From the NCBI GenBank assembly GCA_023334545.1, contig JAADVB010000150.1, forward strand, positions 1 to 47,123: a stretch of 47,123 bases of DNA, written 5' to 3'. Both the position numbers and the translations under genes were made by a program. The notes under the pieces are model-generated. The model was not told where the DNA came from, did not search any database, and saw nothing but the letters and a program-made list of their open reading frames with translations. Origin of the DNA: Salisapilia sapeloensis CBS 127946 (lineage: Eukaryota > Protista > Oomycota). This document shows positions 33,023 through 43,619 of this stretch, one piece after another (within the stretch, counting starts at the first letter, position 1; every line of letters begins with the position of its first letter).

Positions 33023-33098
33023 TTTCACTCTTTCTTATTTTCATGTCTGAAAAGTAGCGTTAAGTAGCTTTACTGCGCCTAAAGTAGCGACGACTAAA
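33023..33098. promoter_or_regulatory. 76-bp bidirectional promoter/5'UTR spacer between PTH2 and TRAPPC13 with three AAGTAGC copies
   Basis: Divergent ATGs at 33022 (-) and 33099 (+); AAGTAGC at 33052, 33062 and 33082. Confidence 0.6.
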
Positions 33099-34728
33099 AT
33101 GAGTGTCGCGACAGCGGGAAGCGGAGTACATGCGGCGGATCATGGATCCAATGCAGCCTCCGTACAGCCTACGCTAAAAGGTTGACTGGTAGGATGATTC
33201 TGCTTTAGAGATATGTATGTTAACAAGGTCTGTGGTGTAGTGATGCGGCTGTATAAGCCTCGTTTGTATACGCAAGGGGCGACGATGGGATCTACTGTAC
33301 CAACTGCGCTACTTCCATCACACATGCAGCAGCACGAGTTTGCCATGTCAAGTAACTTGATTCTGCCAGACAGTTTTGGGTTCGTAGTGCTATTAGAGGT
33401 GCAATCGATGTGGATTGCTCACAAGCGTATCGTGATCTTAGAGAGATCTACCTAGGAAACACCTTTTGCAGCTACATTAGCGTCATCAATCCATACGACT
33501 GTGATCTCCAAAACGTCCAACTCACGGTATGATACATCAAGTAGCTCAAATCAGAAAAAGAAATTGAAAATGGAAATCTAGGCAAATATCCAATGTGGAT
33601 CCGAACGAACCGAGTTACGTGACAACCGATATGCCAGGTCGAATAAATTGCCACCAGAGAATCCAATGCCAGTCTTGGAACCTGGAATGAATCTCGATAT
33701 GATCGTCGATTATCCACTTGCACATGTGGGAAATCACGTGTACGTCTTCCTATCCTTTCTCTTCTACCTCTGTTTCTCATTAATCAATACATGTGAGATA
33801 GTTTACGTGTGGGTGTGACGTATACTGATCCAGCATCCAAAGCATCCAAGTCGATGCGTAAATTCTATCGCTTTAGCGTACAAAACCCCCTTACGTTCAC
33901 TTTTCACAAGTCGACACAATCGAATGGAGATGAAATCGTGCAAGCATGTATAAGGAATGGATCCAAGCTACCGCTATTCATCGATGATATTGCATTTGAA
34001 CCATTTGTACCGTTCGTAAGCTCCATGCTGGCAGCAAAAGAGGAAGATAGTCGAGATGATATGGACTTGGATCGACTTTTGGATGAAAGTGCACAGTCTC
34101 TACTCGATCCGCAAGCTGAACTATTGCGTGTCTTTCGTGTATCACAAGATAAGAACCAAGCAGTCACGACGAGGTCGTCTCAGGTACCTTGGAACATATC
34201 GTTCATTGGTCTTTGGCGAGAAGCTGAATGAAACGATAGACTTCCGAGCAACTGGGCAAGCTCCGAGTCCGATGGAAGACAGCAATGGGAGAAGCAGGTA
34301 GTATGGACAGCCAGCCTGTACTGCGTAATGTGCCTTCATCCCCTCTCGTCTGGGTCGAGTTCGAAGACATGCCAAAGGAAGTTGGTTTAAACAGTGTTTT
34401 TTCGTCTCAAGTTAAAGTCATGAACGATTTGGACCGAGACGTAGCTCTCCAGCTCCAGTTTAGAAATGGTGCAACGGACGGTATTGTCTGCCACTCGGTC
34501 TCATCTCTGGTAAGCTTCCTTTCGTCAAGCTCTACTATATGCGATATGAATGACACAACGGTGTAGAATCTCGGGACAATTGCATCGTTATCATCGACAA
34601 GTGTATGCGTTCAATTTCTTGCGGTAGAAGGTGGGCTACAATCAATCACTGGTATCGTTTGCGTCGACATGACTTCTGGATACGAATACTACAATGACAA
34701 ATCGGTTCAACTCATGGTTCGAAGCTAA
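33099..34728 (+). CDS. TRAPPC13: Trafficking protein particle complex subunit 13 (DUF974), multi-exon
   Basis: Spliced LKV|MRLYKP (intron 33181-33240), LILPDSFG, IYLGNTFCSYISVIN, LRVGVTY..KSMRKFYRFSVQNPL; last exon NLGTIAS..QLMVRS* ends at 34728. Confidence 0.85.
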
Positions 34729-34774
34729 AAATTGGAAATCAAAAGGTATGGACATTTTCCTTGTCGTTTCGTGT

Positions 34775-37700
34775 TCATTGAATACAACATCTCTTCTTCT
34801 GTTGTCTCTCAGGAAACGTTCCGAGGCAAGTGAACTCGACTTCTCCGGCGAGAAAGACATCCCCAGCAGTTAAATCCACTTTCTGATTCTCATCTAAACG
34901 AGTGTACGTGCCCCAATCGCTACAAGTATCATATAGCCAGTAGCTCCCGAAACGATGTTGGATCACTGCCTGCTGCTTCGACACGTACTTGTCGTTTAGT
35001 TCGATGTCAGCAGACGAACCTAGTGAACCGATCGATGCTGCATTGTTGACTACATGTATGTCGCCTCGATTGGCACCAGACAGAACGTATAGGACGACAG
35101 CATGACGAAGACTCATGTTGCTCTGGACATCCACAATCGTTTGGTCCAACAGTGCTCGATTGCGCTTCTTTCGTCTCCATTTTCGCGGATTTTCCGTCAA
35201 GTCCTTCAGATCAGCGCTATCTACTGACACTGTGTTGTCTTTAATAGACCTCCTGTTCGGACGAACGACGTATGAATGCTTCGTTCGTTCCGCTAAAAGC
35301 TTGTAGCTGCTTTTACGTTTGTTATTATGAATTTCTGACAATATTGGAGGAGCTGGTTTCCCCGTTGGTCGTGTCCCACTCGTCAGCTTGGTGGTAGCAG
35401 TGGCCAGTATTGGCTCCAATTGCTCTGCACCTATGAAGAAGCAGTTCACAGTGGATTTCGCACTAACGTGACCGATGTTCGTGAGGTTATCGTCATTGGA
35501 TGCAAGCTTTATCAAAGGCGTACTGGTTGTCCAAATCGTTTTACAAAGACTGTTGGCTTCCATACTACTCTGTTCATCCGATACAGACCTGAAGCTTATG
35601 GCCGCTTCACCGCTCGTAAGGATCATGAGGCCTTGTTTTTGATACCCGTTTTGAAATTTAAACCCGACAGTTGTGTTAAAGATCGTATCTCCACTATCAT
35701 ACGACAGCTCAACTGCGTCTAACGAAAGCTGTTGAATGCGGTCGTACGCTATTTGTTCCAAACACGGAACGTGCAGTCGAAGTTTCTGCATGAGGTCTCT
35801 TCGGCTTTCTGACAGAGGTAGTTGACATCGCAAGATGTCTAGATAAGGTAATAGAAAGTTACGCAGGTCGGCTTTACTCAGCACCAGGAGAGTGCATTCT
35901 GTTTCTGCAGTGGCTTTATCCGTGTATTCGATGTCATGATCACATTCTTCTTGTAAACAGATTTCACCAAAGTACCCTCCTTCTCCGACGGTCTCGTTTA
36001 AAGGGTGAAAGTTGGACGTCATAGTACTTGATTCACTTCCCTTGACAGTCTTTACAACACCACCGGCAACGGAAGTCTCGACGTACTGACTGCGGTAATC
36101 TGGAATCGTCAAATTCACCTGACCTTTCATGACAACGAATAGGAAGGAGGCAGGATCGCCTTCTTCATGAACGACGTCTCCAGGTTGCAAATGTAGCTGA
36201 GTCGCATGCTGTGCGAGCGTTTCTATCATGGATTTATTACGAGCTATTTGTTGCATCCACGGCATCTTTACCAACATCAGAGCGTTTTGTTGAGTATCTT
36301 CTGCCGTAGCCACTAATGCGTTAGCTGTCTCCGACTTGATATGCACTACTTCCACTTCACTACATCCACATCGAAAGACTGTTCCAGTACGAAGCATCAA
36401 CGCTTTGCTCGTACGTCCAATAGGATCTTCTGGTAGTCTTTTTGTGGCGTGAAGCAAAGCATTGCGTCCAAGGAGCAGGTACACTCCTTGGTTCAAACCA
36501 GCAAACAGTGGCGTAATCGAACTTGCTCCTCCATCCAAGTTTAGTCCGAATTGCTCACTGTTTAGTAGATAAGATGCGATCGGTCCATCGCACACTTTGC
36601 CTCGACCAACGACAAAGTTGTCATTATATCGATGGCAGTAGCCAATGGGCGCATACCCTTGTCGAGTTCTCGCTTTCCGTTTCGACTCGCGTAGCACTTG
36701 GCATCGAATCGCTAAGCGTAACATGTCTGCATCTTTCTCAGGAAAAGCTCGCCGAGGTGTCATGACTTGAAAGATACATTGGCCTAGTAGGAGCACATCA
36801 CCTCGACCGATACGTGTGGGTTTGATCAGTTCAACTCGAGTTCGATGCCGTGGTCGCTCTTCAAAAGTTAAATCCTCCAGCAAGTAGTACATGCCGTCAA
36901 AAATGATACGAGCATGCACCGGGCAGACGTCGTCAGCAGGGATAACGACATCACATAGCTGCGACGAACCGATGACGATCGACTTCTTACAAGCAAGAAT
37001 TACCGGCTCTTGTTTCTTATTTCCTTTGGCATCGGAGAAAGATATTTCAAGCGACAAGGGCTTTCGTGCATTATACGGATTCCTTCGCTTCTTTGATCGT
37101 TTGTAGATCGAGCCACTGAGCAGCAGCATGCCGTCATTTGCCATCGGTGGTTCGGAACTAAATCTAACTTTCTTTCTTGGCTTGTCGGTCTTACGGTCGA
37201 GATAACCGCTTTCGTTGTCATGATGAAATTTATTTAAGGTACCCTGTCGACCTTGCTCTTGATGGCGTTGCCGTTCGTAGTTGCATTCTATCATTGTGAT
37301 GTTGTCGATGTTGAGTACAGTGTCCGAACCTAGGAATATCCTGTCATCAACACGAAGACGGTATCCGTCGCGTTGGGAATGATGCCGATCAATTGTCGAT
37401 AAGCATAAAAATGTGGTCCTAGAACGACTATGATCTTGAATAAGATACTCATCTCCTTCTAACGTGATCTTAGCATGGATAGCGTCCATCTTGCTCTCGC
37501 TTGTAGCAATACGTGCACCATCGCTAGCGTATCGACCAATGTAACCTTCTACTAGGTACCATGCATTAACAGCTTTGGTACTAGTAGGGTTTAATAAGGA
37601 CACGCAAAGCTCTTCTGAACTACGAAAGCGGCTCGTTGTGTCTTGGGGAGTTGTGGGCTGCTCTGTCGGTGCGGCTGGTGAAGTTTGCTTCGATATCACT

Positions 37701-37936
37701 CGAGTCGAAGAGCGATACAAAGAATGTATCGATGAGGCTGCAATCTTTTGCAAAGCCATTTGTCTTGGTGCATTAATAAATTGCAAGTCTTCCTCTACAT
37801 CGAGCTCCTCATCAAACGGTTGAACAGTTCTGCGCTTATTAAGTACATTCATGGATACTCTGCGGAAACTACTGGCAAAAGACGAGCTACGAAGTAGACC
37901 TCTTGGCGATTCCAAAGAAGCATTCGTACCATTCAT
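34775..37936 (-). CDS. Multi-domain protein with four FHA-like and two cyclic-nucleotide-binding-like domains, about 1053 aa
   Basis: FHA-like: YIGRYAS..AIHAKI; IVIGSSQLCDVVI..VCPVHARI; FVVGRGKVCD; ASIGSLGSSADIELNDKYVSKQQAVI..SDWGTY. CNB-like: LQPGDVVHEEGDPASFLFVVMKGQV..GGYFGEIC; YDSGDTIF..LMILTSGEA. First ATG is 37936; the track start at 37954 is TTG. Confidence 0.75.
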   Translation of the reverse strand: MNGTNASLESPRGLLRSSSFASSFRRVSMNVLNKRRTVQPFDEELDVEEDLQFINAPRQMALQKIAASSIHSLYRSSTRVISKQTSPAAPTEQPTTPQDTTSRFRSSEELCVSLLNPTSTKAVNAWYLVEGYIGRYASDGARIATSESKMDAIHAKITLEGDEYLIQDHSRSRTTFLCLSTIDRHHSQRDGYRLRVDDRIFLGSDTVLNIDNITMIECNYERQRHQEQGRQGTLNKFHHDNESGYLDRKTDKPRKKVRFSSEPPMANDGMLLLSGSIYKRSKKRRNPYNARKPLSLEISFSDAKGNKKQEPVILACKKSIVIGSSQLCDVVIPADDVCPVHARIIFDGMYYLLEDLTFEERPRHRTRVELIKPTRIGRGDVLLLGQCIFQVMTPRRAFPEKDADMLRLAIRCQVLRESKRKARTRQGYAPIGYCHRYNDNFVVGRGKVCDGPIASYLLNSEQFGLNLDGGASSITPLFAGLNQGVYLLLGRNALLHATKRLPEDPIGRTSKALMLRTGTVFRCGCSEVEVVHIKSETANALVATAEDTQQNALMLVKMPWMQQIARNKSMIETLAQHATQLHLQPGDVVHEEGDPASFLFVVMKGQVNLTIPDYRSQYVETSVAGGVVKTVKGSESSTMTSNFHPLNETVGEGGYFGEICLQEECDHDIEYTDKATAETECTLLVLSKADLRNFLLPYLDILRCQLPLSESRRDLMQKLRLHVPCLEQIAYDRIQQLSLDAVELSYDSGDTIFNTTVGFKFQNGYQKQGLMILTSGEAAISFRSVSDEQSSMEANSLCKTIWTTSTPLIKLASNDDNLTNIGHVSAKSTVNCFFIGAEQLEPILATATTKLTSGTRPTGKPAPPILSEIHNNKRKSSYKLLAERTKHSYVVRPNRRSIKDNTVSVDSADLKDLTENPRKWRRKKRNRALLDQTIVDVQSNMSLRHAVVLYVLSGANRGDIHVVNNAASIGSLGSSADIELNDKYVSKQQAVIQHRFGSYWLYDTCSDWGTYTRLDENQKVDLTAGDVFLAGEVEFTCLGTFPERQQKKRCCIQ

Positions 37937-38331
37937 CCTTTGGACCCCTCGCAAGATGCAATTAGTTCAACGTTCTCTTGTTATAAGTAGATGAGACCAA
38001 AATCGAGTATGTATTGGTGTCTATAAATTATCGCATAGGACTATCGCCGTTCTATTCTTACCCGGCTTCGGCAGTCCTAAGCGACTATTAACTTTTCGAA
38101 ACGACCGGGTGGTTTATCCGCGTGGTTGAAGAGAAGTATGAGCGAGGTTTCCACATGGAGCAGCTAGATGGCCGCTATCATTCCAAAGAAAAAGAAAAAA
38201 GTCTTTTTTTTCATTCTTCTCTCACGTGGAAACTACCAATAGAAATGCTTAGTTTACGATTTTGAACCAATAAGCTTTTTGCATCGGATTCCTATAAAGA
38301 ACTAGCTTGGCGTGTGCCTTGGAAGGACAAG

Positions 38332-39075
38332 ATGTCACCCGTTTGGCGGAGTGTAGTGCAAGGCGAGAGAGCTGCTACTTCCGGGAACATATTGGAAGGT
38401 ATTCGTGAGCTTCTAGTGGAAGCGATGGGCAGTCCAGACCGTCAGGATCATGCGGCACTTTCGATTGACGAGATCGAGCCGATCAAACAGCTCTGCGATA
38501 AGCTCCAGCCAGAGCATTTCCATTTGCAAGTTCCTGATCCGAAGAAACCGAAGACGAGCCCAAAGACAGCTATTGACAAATATGTTCGATACCAGCATAT
38601 ATGGGAAGACGAAAGTTTCTCGATGGGCATCTTCATTCTTCCACCCGGAACTTCTATTCCTCTCCATGACCATCCAGAAATGAGTGTCATCTCTAGAGTT
38701 TTATACGGAAGTATGCATGCGACTGCTTGTGACTTTGTCCATGACGATAATGAGGAGGAATTGCCGGATGGGCATAAAATGGCACGATTAAGTTCGAACG
38801 AAACGGTGCATGGACCGTTTTCCACGGAGCTTCTACCCAACCGCGGTAACCTGCATGAATTCGTTGCTGGCGAGCCACAAGGGTGTGCGATTTTCGACAT
38901 ACTAACACCTCCATACGACCCCGAAGGTGGTCGAGATTGTACGTACTATCGAATCGTCGGTGATTACCACGACAAGAAGAAGTTTGACCTGGTCGAATTG
39001 GAAGCGTATGAACCCAAGGACTTTATAGTAGCCGGTGAAACATACCGAGGTCCGCCGCTCATGCCGCAGCAGTAA
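38332..39075 (+). CDS. ADO: 2-aminoethanethiol dioxygenase / plant cysteine oxidase homologue (ADO/PCO, DUF1637)
   Basis: FSMGIFILPPG..IPLHDHPEMSVISRVLYG, GNLHEF, AIFDILTPPYDP..GRDCTYY; three Fe-ligand His intact. First ATG is 38332. Confidence 0.9.
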   Translation: MSPVWRSVVQGERAATSGNILEGIRELLVEAMGSPDRQDHAALSIDEIEPIKQLCDKLQPEHFHLQVPDPKKPKTSPKTAIDKYVRYQHIWEDESFSMGIFILPPGTSIPLHDHPEMSVISRVLYGSMHATACDFVHDDNEEELPDGHKMARLSSNETVHGPFSTELLPNRGNLHEFVAGEPQGCAIFDILTPPYDPEGGRDCTYYRIVGDYHDKKKFDLVELEAYEPKDFIVAGETYRGPPLMPQQ

Positions 39076-39194
39076 ATACACCAAGCGCGAGGGTTTGCAT
39101 TGTTGTACCCTACTTGTTCCATCTTATTTGTACCAATCATACGACATGTCTTTCATAGCACTTTTTCATAGCACGCCGGAGGCACCGAAGGCGA

Positions 39195-40763
39195 ATGGTG
39201 CGACGAGTTCGTCGACAGGTTTCGCAGGATCCGCCATCTCCTGATGCGAACAACGTGACCAAGAGGTCTCGTCGATCTCGTAAAGAGACTACGACTTCAG
39301 CTACGAAATCGAGCGGGAAAAAGCGCGCGAATGGGAGCACAACGGCGGCAAATGCGAAACCGCGTAAAAAGCGCAAGACGGTGGCGGATAAGCGAGAGGA
39401 GAATAAGCCATTGAACGAGCCTTTCTACGTCGAAAGTGGCGTCGAATGGCAGCGGAGCAATATCGGTATGTCGTCAGATCATGGTTATTTTTGTCCTCTA
39501 TCAAGGTCACTCGTGTCCTTCAGTTCCTGCATTCTACTGTTCAACTAGTTGCTCGCATCTCTTGCATGCATACGTACATGACGATTGTCTAGCTAGAAGA
39601 ATACTCATGGTTGTATACTAGATTTCGAAGAGCTCACAGCGCTTCGACGTATGTGGCAACTACCTGCTGCTTGCCACATTCTATGGCTTCTACAACAGCC
39701 ACTGACCTTGCGCTTTTCAAATACACTTCTAGAGTACGAAGCCGCTCTTCTCCAGCCTCAGAGTTCTAGTATCTTAGAAGACGTCTTTACAAAACTATTG
39801 CTGAAAAAGAGTGATCGGAAAGCATTATCCGAAGGCCTTGGTCTCCGATACGAGTGGTGGAATAAACAGCTTCGACAGCACTACTTGAAAATGTACGACA
39901 GACTCTACTTGCTCTTGCAAAAAGCCAAGGAGCCAGTGCCAAAGTCATGGATGGAAGAGCATGATGACAGTAGCGCAGACCTGTCGTCAGCTGAAGAAGA
40001 GAGTGTCGAGGATGTCGAATTGACGGATGACGAGTGGATGACACTAGAGATTCTCAAGTCTCGTCTCGAACCTCTAGGAGACGAGTGTCCTCTAAAGCAC
40101 CAGTCCTTCGCGGACTTGACGGTCGAACTGCGTTGTAAAATCCTACTGAACCTATGTGAAGCAGTCATCTACGACCATTCGAACACAGAGTTCCTTCGGC
40201 AGATGGAAGAGGACGATTTGCGCGTCGAACCTCTAGGTCGAGATCGTGTCGGCAATCGCTTCTACTTCTTCCCTCAGTTCTACGAAGAGCGACGGTTGTA
40301 TCGACTAACTGAAGGTTCGCACGACTGGGAGCTATGGGTCAAAGGAGACGACGCCTTTCGTGGTATGCTCGAAGCTTTGCAAAACATGAAAGGTCGGAAA
40401 GGCAAGGGCGAGCAGGAACTCTTGGACGGACTGGAAGCTATCGTCGAGCAGATCGAGACGGAGCGAGAGGTTGAGAAACGAGAAGCCGAGAAAGCTCAGA
40501 AACGAGCGATTATCGATGCTATGCCACGCAAACGATCTCTACGTCTACAGGCAAAACAATTGGAAGAGCAGGAGACACAAAAGGAAGTGGCACAAGTAGA
40601 AGCGCAGGAGCAAAAGCATAAGGCAGAAGACGAGAAAGCAGAAAAGGAAGCGCAGCAGGACTTGAGTCGAGCGGAACGAGCTGCGAGGAGACGGATGCAG
40701 GACCAAGTGCATCTGGAAGACACTTTGGTCACGCAAGAGAAAGATGAACAGTCGACGGAATAA
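39195..40763 (+). CDS. DDT-WHIM1-WSD domain chromatin protein (RSF1/DDR4-like ISWI partner), 2 exons (intron 39466-39621)
   Basis: Basic NLS-rich exon 1; DDT-like LRRMWQLPAACHILWLL..LEYEAALL; WHIM1-like ADLTVELRCKILLNLCE; WSD-like LRVEPLGRDRVGNRFYFF; C-terminal charged coiled coil with RKRSLRL. Confidence 0.72.
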
Positions 40764-40791
40764 ATCCTTGGTAGAAACAAATGGTCTTTGC

Positions 40792-42670
40792 TTAATTTGT
40801 CGTGGTCGTCGCATACGCATTCGCTTTATGCTTCGGTACGAACCGGAAGTTGTCTGGCACGGGACCAAGCAGCATCTCGGAGATCTTGATCCAATCGACG
40901 GCTTGGTCGCTTGCCATCAATGTCTCCAAGTCGTTCCGGCCGTAGTACGGAGGTGGACGGTCGTTGATGTGCGGTGGCAGGCGATCCAACAGACCGACAG
41001 GAATGTATCGGCAAAGGAATGACTGCCACTCGAGTAGATACCGACGCGTGCGCTCGACGCCCTTGTCGTCAGATCCCCAGTGCTCGAGTCCGAACTTGAC
41101 AAAGTCCTTGAGCATGTCGAGTCGTTCGGAGGCCGAGATGTCCATGTGCCGACGCTCTTTAATCTCCGTTGGTAGCCACGGCTTGATGAGTGCACCTCTG
41201 GCGATCATCGCAGTCGACAGCTTGCCGTCCTTGAGGTGCTGGTCGAACTCTTCGTACGACAGGACGTCTCCACCGCCAATGAACGGGACATGAGGCAGGT
41301 CAGATGACTGCGCCTGGTCACACTGGTAGATGTAGTCCCAATTCGCCGTCTTGGTATATCGCTGTAGCCTCGATCGACCGTGAATAGCCATCGCATCGAC
41401 GTACTGCTCTGCACGTAGCTTGTAGTTCTTGACGACTTCCGTATTCATAAACGCGTTAGCAGCTTTGGTTGCTTGGATCTTTGGCACTAGTTTATGCGCT
41501 ACAGGAGACTTTTCCGACCATCCCGTGCGCATCTTGACGGTAAGACCAGGAGCTGGCTTGCCAGAGGCAGCACTGCCGAGCTCGAGACCCGTGAGTGAAC
41601 CTGACACGACTTCTGTAAGTCGTGGGGGACGATTCATAAGTGCAGACCCGGCGCCGGTCTTGCACACGACGTCGATCGGACAGCCCATGTTGATGTCGAC
41701 AAAGTCCACATCCGTCTCTCTCGCTAAGAGTTCACACACGCGAGCCATCTGATCACCATGAGCTCCAGCGATCTGAACGCCAAAGACGTCTTCACTTTCA
41801 TGACGACGGAGTAGTGCCCATTCGCTCTGCTGCGCCTTCAAAAGGTTCGGAGCTAGCGCCATCTCGCCACACGTGATGTCCGCTCCTTGCTGTTTGAGCA
41901 AACGACGGAATGGCAAGTTGCCAACGGTTGTCAATGGAGCGACATAGATCTTGTCTTTAAAGTCGACAGGCTTACGCTCTGGCAGGAGAGGGCTTTCGTC
42001 TGCATCCACTTGAGCAGTGGCTTTGGACTTGCGCTGTGCCTTCGTCCAGAACGGATACGTATTCTTACGAAGGTGCTGACGGACTGTGTCGTTCAAATTG
42101 TTCGTTTCATGCTCCACGACGTTGTTAGCGTTCTCGACATTGTCGTTCTTATACTCGTCTCCGTTCTTATGGAAATGATGACCGGCGAAACGACAGCTAG
42201 CTCCAAAGCGACAATAGCCAACCGCTTCGAAGACAGGGCAAGTGTCACCTAGATCCTTTCGCTTTTGACGTAGGAAAGTGTCAATGTCATGGCTGAACCT
42301 ACACTCCTCTCCGTATGGACATCCTTCGCCGGACGCGACGGATCGACACAAGTTCTCTGACGGATCCGACTTCACGTCGCTAATAGGACGCTTCTTGAAT
42401 GTACCACCTTTTGAATTGTCCAAGTCTGCTGGGCGTTGAATGACGTCTTCAGGGCGCTTAATGTACCTAAAAGCAGAGCTGGTGAGCAAATGAATGATTG
42501 GTGTGAGATTACTGGAGGCTGTACTTGGCATTCACAGGTGCATCTCCAGTTCGTGGCAATGAAGTGGCCTTGTCCTCTGTTGGAGGGCTTGCAGTTGCTG
42601 GAACTGCATTCTCCTGCAACGTTTCTTCGTCGCGCTGGGCCACTGTAGGCTGCTCGTCACTCGTCGCCAT
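40792..42670 (-). CDS. DUS3: tRNA-dihydrouridine(47) synthase DUS3 with tandem CCCH zinc fingers, 2 exons (intron 42524-42467)
   Basis: GDAPVNAK|YIKR; CCCH fingers (CPYGEECRFSHD, CPVFEAVGYCRFGASCRFAGHH); YVAPLTTVGNLPFRR, FVDINMGCPID, IHGRSRLQRYTK, MIARGALIKPW, GLEHWGSD. Confidence 0.94.
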
Positions 42671-43619
42671 CGTCGCGATATTGGTTCGCACTTAGCAATC
42701 GTACTTAATCGCGGTTTAACATGTACTTTCTTTTTCATGGCGCAGTTGAAGTCCGCTTCAATTAACAACTTCCTTCCGTCCACACTACTAGCTCTTAGCT
42801 TGGTACTTCTATTTATGCATCAGCAGCGTATACTTATTGAATGAAATGGATCTTATACCTGTGAGGGATGCTCTTAGAGATGCAGATATCTCGACCTCAT
42901 GTATAAGAGGACGTATAGCGAAAGATCAAAGCCCCTCATCGTTTATGGTACTTCTATCAACAATAATACAGCTACTTGGCATATTCTCTTTCATCACCGA
43001 CTGTGTGCGGTGATCAACTTAGTCTACCTTATTTCTAAGGAATTATTTAAATTCATATAATCTATTAAACTTAGTCGATCTCACGACAGAAGGCTTGGCT
43101 TTATGCTCGCAATATTCGTATGTGCCTCCATACTTTGTTTCTTTATCACGTTTTCAGGTATTTGCTTTTGAACATCTTTTGAGGTATCATGTGTAAATAC
43201 CAGCATCTAGAAGCATTTAATCGACAAGTACTCAACCATGGCTCAATGTGCGTCTTTCTGGGTATCTATGGCATGTTTATAAAGCGATATTTATTGTTGA
43301 AGTGCTTTTACGCTACTTTATTTATGACAGCTTTCATCGATTCATTTAAATTTCATGAACCATGCTCTCCTTAATCATTTTTACTGACAGCTCAAGTTTC
43401 CCCTGCTGCACACCAGCGCTCGCAGTAGTCAAGGATATGGCATTCAGTATCTCTTTGCAATGTAGAGAGATATCTGTTATGGACAAAAATATAGTGGGTC
43501 CTCACGCTAACTAGGTAATTCCAGTCGACACTGCTTATAGCTCACCCTTTGAAAGCATGTAGCTAATGGACGAGTCAAAGGTATCCATGCCATTTATGAT
43601 ATGGTTTAAGGGTAGTGAC

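Noticed and set aside
39479-39612. 8-bp direct repeat TCATGGTT flanking most of the long DDT intron, TSD-like
   Set aside because: No terminal inverted repeats, and removing the insert would leave a 30-nt intron, well below the local size range.
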